19,680 nt of DNA from an uncultured Oligoflexus sp. (lineage in GTDB: Bacteria > Bdellovibrionota_B > Oligoflexia > Oligoflexales > Oligoflexaceae). Below the pieces are notes generated by a model, which was not told the DNA's origin, searched no databases, and was given only the letters and a program-made list of their open reading frames with translations. Within the stretch, counting starts at the first letter, position 1. Each line of letters starts with the position of its first letter. The position numbers and the translations under genes are program-made. Location: NCBI GenBank assembly GCA_964236955.1, contig CAXSGP010000089.1, positions 1 to 19,680 of the forward strand, given 5' to 3'. Of this stretch, positions 15,669 to 19,680 are shown one piece after another.

Positions 15669-17948
15669 GTGCAAGAATTCGATGAAATTCTGATAGTCCT
15701 CGCTCTTGGCTTTGCTCTTTTGTCCTTCCTCTGGTGCCGAAAATATGGCTGGAAAAGAGGCCTGCTGTCGAGCGTCCTCCGTCTCGCCTGGATTCTGCCG
15801 CTTATTCTGGCGATCAAACCCAGACTCGATAAGACCGTAGTCACAAGTTCGCTTAGCCTGCGAACGCTTCATTTTTTAGAGGATGATTCTGATTCCATGG
15901 CCGCTGACCTAAGGGAGGCCATGCTCAAAAAAATTGATGGGCTCTGTCATCGTTTTGGCTGCCGTATCCAGCACACCAAGCTTTCGGATTTAAGCCGTGA
16001 AGTTGAGAAGGGATACACGCCCCTGGCCCCGGGGGTGCAGGCCTGGATGCCGCTCACACATGGCGAACCCTGGGTGCTTCTGTCCGATGGTGGTGATTCC
16101 CAACCGAGTTCACAATGGGCGCCTCAGCTTAAGGGCAGCGGGAGGCAAAACGATAAAACACTGGGTTTGATCCTGGCTGCCGATCACAAGGAGCAGGATA
16201 ATCTATGGATCGAGATGACATCGGGTCCTGATTTTGGATTCGATCAAAAGCTTGTTGAAATCGAAGCGACGGTCTATCGGCGTTCCTCTCATCTTAATGA
16301 AGAGCTTACTGTCCAGGTGCAGGCCAGCGTGCTCGACAAAAACCTGGCCTCCCTCAATGTCGATTTTAAACCCAATGAAAAATCCATCGTCGTCAGAATT
16401 CCCCTGCCGCCCTTGGCTCGCGGTACCCACCTTGTCAAACTCCAGGTCTTGCCGATCGCCAATGAAGCGGCGCTATGGGATAACACACTTTACAAAAGTA
16501 TAGAGATTTTGCCGAATACCATCGGCCTCTTACACCTTTTGGGCTCCCCTTCGTGGGATGGCCGCTATGTACGGCGCTATCTCAAGTCTGAGCCTAAATA
16601 TGATCTGATTAGTTTTTTCATTCTGCGCGATCCAAGCGATTCTCAATTCAGCAACGAGCGGGAGTTAAGCCTCATCCCTTTTCCGGTGGAGCGGCTCTTT
16701 AATGATGAGCTTCCGAATTTTCGGGCCGTTATCATTCAAAACTTCTCGCTCTTTCAGTTTCTCGACCCCGCCTATCAGAAAAATCTGGTCGACTTCGTGC
16801 TCAACGGCGGGGGGCTCTTGTTTATAGGCGGGCCCAGAGCCCTGCATGATCTTGATGTGAGTTCGTCGCCGCTCGCCGCCCTGTTGCCCTTTAAAGGCAG
16901 CGGTGGCAAGCCGGGGGCCAACGGTATGGGCTGGAATCCGGACATCGGTTCCATACCCTACGATCGCAACGCCAAATTTAAAATCGAGCTGGCTGAACCT
17001 TCACGCGAGAAACGTCAACTGGCAACGGTTTATGACGACTGGGCGCAACTCAACCTTAAGCTGCGCGATAACGGCAGTTTTCAGGGCTTGCACCAGCTCG
17101 CTAATGTCGAGTTAAACTCAGCAAGCTCAACGCCGCTGCTCATGGCCAGGCATGAGGATGGCAAGCAAAGTCTGTTGGCTGCGGCCTCCTATCCTGGCAA
17201 AGGCCGCGCGATTTGGATCTTCTCCGATGATCTCTGGCGGCTTGCGCTCGAGTCGCAGACCTCACGTGACAACTATCAGAGCTTCATGCGCTCGGCCATG
17301 ACCTGGCTGCTACGCGAGGAGCTGCAGCGGCCTCTCTGGGTGCAGGATTTTAGCCTTTCGACCCAGGGCGAGGAAACCGTCTGGTCGGCTCGCATTCGGG
17401 GCGGTGCGGCTCGCTTTCTGGAAGAAGGGGATAAATGGCGCTATCGCTTGTGTGGAGTCGATATGCCGGCGCAAAAGATAAGTCGGCAGATGCTGAGTTC
17501 GGATCAGTGGCTGGTCAGCGGCACGATGTCAACGCGAATGGCGAGTGGATCGGTATGCGAGCTCACTATCGAGGGCGAACATGCAGCCTTTGGCAAAGTA
17601 AAGACTTCGGCCTACGGAGTGATTCCGGAATCCTATCGGGACTCGGAAATGGAAGGCTCCATTCATCGCCTCGAACAGCTCAGCGCCCTCACCGGTGCCA
17701 CGCTGCTCGACAGCAATGACGAGAGTTATGCCCTGGAAGAATGGTTTGGCAAGGTCACGGGCAATCTTGCGAGTGCAGAAAAATCCGAACAAAAATTGAT
17801 GCCGGACTATTATTGGGTTTTGGACACCTGGTGGGGGTTTCTGGCTTTATTGCTGCTACCTGTTGAAATCCTTATCAGACGCTGGGATGTCCTCTTTGGG
17901 GGATCCTCGCGTGAAGAACGCCTTCTGTCACGTAGATCTGACAAATAG
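15669..17948 (+). CDS. Membrane-anchored vWA / glutamine amidotransferase-like (GATase1-like) protein (759 aa)
   Basis: GTG 1 nt after the upstream stop; N-terminal TMs, DDSDS and LLSDG, conserved block GSPSWDGRYVRRYLKSEPKYDLISFFILR...ELSLIPFPVERLF, FVLNGGGLLFIGGP, GKGR, C-terminal TM ending EILIRRW. Confidence 0.75.
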   Translation: MQEFDEILIVLALGFALLSFLWCRKYGWKRGLLSSVLRLAWILPLILAIKPRLDKTVVTSSLSLRTLHFLEDDSDSMAADLREAMLKKIDGLCHRFGCRIQHTKLSDLSREVEKGYTPLAPGVQAWMPLTHGEPWVLLSDGGDSQPSSQWAPQLKGSGRQNDKTLGLILAADHKEQDNLWIEMTSGPDFGFDQKLVEIEATVYRRSSHLNEELTVQVQASVLDKNLASLNVDFKPNEKSIVVRIPLPPLARGTHLVKLQVLPIANEAALWDNTLYKSIEILPNTIGLLHLLGSPSWDGRYVRRYLKSEPKYDLISFFILRDPSDSQFSNERELSLIPFPVERLFNDELPNFRAVIIQNFSLFQFLDPAYQKNLVDFVLNGGGLLFIGGPRALHDLDVSSSPLAALLPFKGSGGKPGANGMGWNPDIGSIPYDRNAKFKIELAEPSREKRQLATVYDDWAQLNLKLRDNGSFQGLHQLANVELNSASSTPLLMARHEDGKQSLLAAASYPGKGRAIWIFSDDLWRLALESQTSRDNYQSFMRSAMTWLLREELQRPLWVQDFSLSTQGEETVWSARIRGGAARFLEEGDKWRYRLCGVDMPAQKISRQMLSSDQWLVSGTMSTRMASGSVCELTIEGEHAAFGKVKTSAYGVIPESYRDSEMEGSIHRLEQLSALTGATLLDSNDESYALEEWFGKVTGNLASAEKSEQKLMPDYYWVLDTWWGFLALLLLPVEILIRRWDVLFGGSSREERLLSRRSDK

Positions 17949-18035
17949 AGGGGTCGGGGGTTTGCTGCAAAGATCATAATGTTCTGTCGAAAGCCAGCAG
18001 TTTCACCTAGGTAGTTGCCGGGGACTTTGTTAACT

Positions 18036-18049
18036 TATAATTTGGGAGG
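18036..18049 (+). promoter_or_regulatory. Possible -10 box TATAAT and SD GGGAGG upstream of the LOG gene
   Basis: TATAAT at 18036-18041; TTGCCG at 18015-18020 gives only a 15-nt spacer; GGGAGG at 18044-18049. Confidence 0.3.
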
Positions 18050-18059
18050 GCCTGAGCTA

Positions 18060-18788
18060 ATGACGGTTGAACAAAAGAGATATCGCAAATTTTTATCGAA
18101 AAAAATTCAACAACTTAATGATATCGTTGCTGACCTCGATAGCCTCGTGACGGAGATCGGCACCGATTTTTATCGGGTAAGTATATTTGGTTCGGCTAGA
18201 ATTAAGCCCGATACTGCAGAGTATAAAGAAGTCTATCACCTGGCGAAACTTCTTGCCTCGCGCGGTGTAGATATAGTGACTGGGGGCGGTCCCGGCCTTA
18301 TGGAAGCGGCCAATCTTGGGGCGAAGGAGGGCAGCAACCACAGCCGTTCCTTTGGCCTTCATATCGAATTGCCCTTTGAAACGGATACCAACCTTCATCT
18401 GGACGTGAAGTATCACCATAGACGCTTTTCATCTCGGCTCGATGAATTTATGCGCATTAGCCATGCTGTCGTCGTGACTCCGGGTGGCATAGGCACTCTT
18501 TTGGAACTCTTCTATACCTGGCAGTTGATGCAGGTGAATCACATCCCTCCGAGGCCATTGATCCTGCTCGGATCGATGTGGGAGCCTTTGCTGAAATGGA
18601 TGGAAGAATTTCCTTTGAAGCGGTCGCTCATGGATCGAAAGGATTTTGACTCGATAATCCTCGTGCGCAGCGTCGATGAAGTCATCACCAAACTGGAGCC
18701 GAGTATCAAAGAATTTTATCTCAAGGCCGGCATCCCTTATCCCATGCCACCGCCAGGCGCGGCCCCCGATTCATCCGATCCCGTCTGA
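18060..18788 (+). CDS. LOG-family nucleotide phosphoribohydrolase (Rossmann fold, TIGR00730-like)
   Basis: VSIFGSAR, TGGGPGLMEAANLGA, PGGIGTLLELF (PGGxGTxxE); ATG at 18060 with GGGAGG SD. Confidence 0.9.
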   Translation: MTVEQKRYRKFLSKKIQQLNDIVADLDSLVTEIGTDFYRVSIFGSARIKPDTAEYKEVYHLAKLLASRGVDIVTGGGPGLMEAANLGAKEGSNHSRSFGLHIELPFETDTNLHLDVKYHHRRFSSRLDEFMRISHAVVVTPGGIGTLLELFYTWQLMQVNHIPPRPLILLGSMWEPLLKWMEEFPLKRSLMDRKDFDSIILVRSVDEVITKLEPSIKEFYLKAGIPYPMPPPGAAPDSSDPV

Positions 18789-18802
18789 GCGCAATCGAGC
18801 CT

Positions 18803-19588
18803 TCATTCGTCAAGCCCCTCTAAACTCATGGTCCGTAGTTCCTCCCAGAGGGGCGACGGGCCATGAGTTTGTAAATAAAACGCGGTGAAGCCTTCAAGCA
18901 GCAGCGAAAGCGTAAGTTTGCCCTCGAGCCGGGACTTCTGCATTGCGACAATAAAATCCTGGGCGGCTGGGCCCAAGTTAACACCAAGCCCTACAATTTC
19001 CACCCATTGCCTGCCATCCCGAGCGGATATCGTGGCCTTGCTTGACAGCAATAGACTAAGCCAATCGAGGCCCTTAACGATGCGTTCAATTTCCGGCTTA
19101 TCGTCGGCAAGTCGCGTATCATCCCAGATCTTTGCTATCGTCTCCCGCCACATAAGAAAATTGCTGCGGAGAAGTTTTTCCCGGGACGGGTGCCAGGCAA
19201 ATAGGAAAGCCGAAGGCAGCGCTTTGTTAAGACACTTCACATGTTCGGTCGTATGCCGGCAGTCGGTCTGGGGGTTGAAGTCTTCGAGATGGTTATAGCA
19301 GCGAACCACGACAATCGGCTCAAACGTGCACTGAATGCAGAATCTGTCCTGGCTGGTGTCGGCCTTGCAACTTTTGGGTAAACCCATCCGCAGCATAGGA
19401 GCCATAGGCCCTTCGGCCAGGCTTTCCGAGGGAGCGGGCGGCAGACGGTCGAGCATGATTTTATGGGGGGGATGGAGAATACGCTTGGGTTCGGCGGCCG
19501 GTGAGCAGGCGACGAGAAGCAGAAAAACCAAGCCTGGTCGACTCCGCAGCGAAGAGTGGTCTTGTCTCATCAGTCTTACCTTTTCCAT
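18803..19588 (-). CDS. Hypothetical Cys-rich lipoprotein
   Basis: RSRPGLVFLLLVAC lipobox (start 19588 or 19570), Pro-rich linker, six clustered Cys, helical C-terminal half; convergent with the LOG gene. Confidence 0.7.
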   Translation of the reverse strand: MEKVRLMRQDHSSLRSRPGLVFLLLVACSPAAEPKRILHPPHKIMLDRLPPAPSESLAEGPMAPMLRMGLPKSCKADTSQDRFCIQCTFEPIVVVRCYNHLEDFNPQTDCRHTTEHVKCLNKALPSAFLFAWHPSREKLLRSNFLMWRETIAKIWDDTRLADDKPEIERIVKGLDWLSLLLSSKATISARDGRQWVEIVGLGVNLGPAAQDFIVAMQKSRLEGKLTLSLLLEGFTAFYLQTHGPSPLWEELRTMSLEGLDE

Positions 19589-19630
19589 GGAAGCGCCTAA
19601 AACATTGTAGGGGATTTTTTTAAAAGACTA

Positions 19631-19671
19631 GGGGCTGTTGACGTTTGGCTACGCCAACGTCGAACATCCCC
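19631..19671. repeat. Imperfect palindrome, REP/MITE-like element
   Basis: GGGGCTGTTGACGTTTGGC-TAC-GCCAACGTCGAACATCCCC; left arm matches 38-54 in reverse complement; preceded by CTA. Confidence 0.7.
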
Positions 19672-19680
19672 AGTAACGCA

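Noticed and set aside
38..19647. Whole window as a single transposon bounded by 17-bp inverted repeats
   Set aside because: No transposase or integrase, cargo includes core genes (fabI, glpK), and the motif ends face inward as expected for two separate flanking elements
1..19680. CRISPR array, tRNA, rRNA or prophage genes
   Set aside because: No regularly spaced repeats, cloverleaf or rRNA-like segments, or phage hallmark proteins seen; intergenic spaces are short

Overview
Bacterial genomic window, gene-dense, with no rRNA, tRNA or CRISPR array seen. Gene style is compatible with a Bdellovibrionota/Oligoflexia-like or deltaproteobacterial host, but that is inference only. Left to right: (1) an AT-richer accessory block (about 60-3250, minus strand) with a lipoprotein, a probable immunity gene and a polymorphic toxin whose C-terminus resembles PD-(D/E)xK tRNase-type CdiA-CT domains and whose N-terminal part is split off by an apparent 1-nt frameshift; (2) minus-strand glpK, a HAD hydrolase and a heterodimeric MdlAB/BmrCD-like ABC exporter pair; (3) a tight minus-strand run of Flp pilin, pilin-like hypothetical, DUF503-like protein and fabI; (4) a divergent plus-strand operon of MoxR AAA+ ATPase, DUF58, BatA/vWA/DUF4159 fusion and vWA/GATase1-like membrane protein; (5) a LOG-family protein and a convergent Cys-rich lipoprotein. 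Both ends of the window carry the same 17-bp motif in inverted orientation (38-54 and 19631-19647); the right copy is part of an imperfect palindrome, suggesting a MITE/REP-like repeat family. All domain calls come from motif recognition by eye, not database searches.
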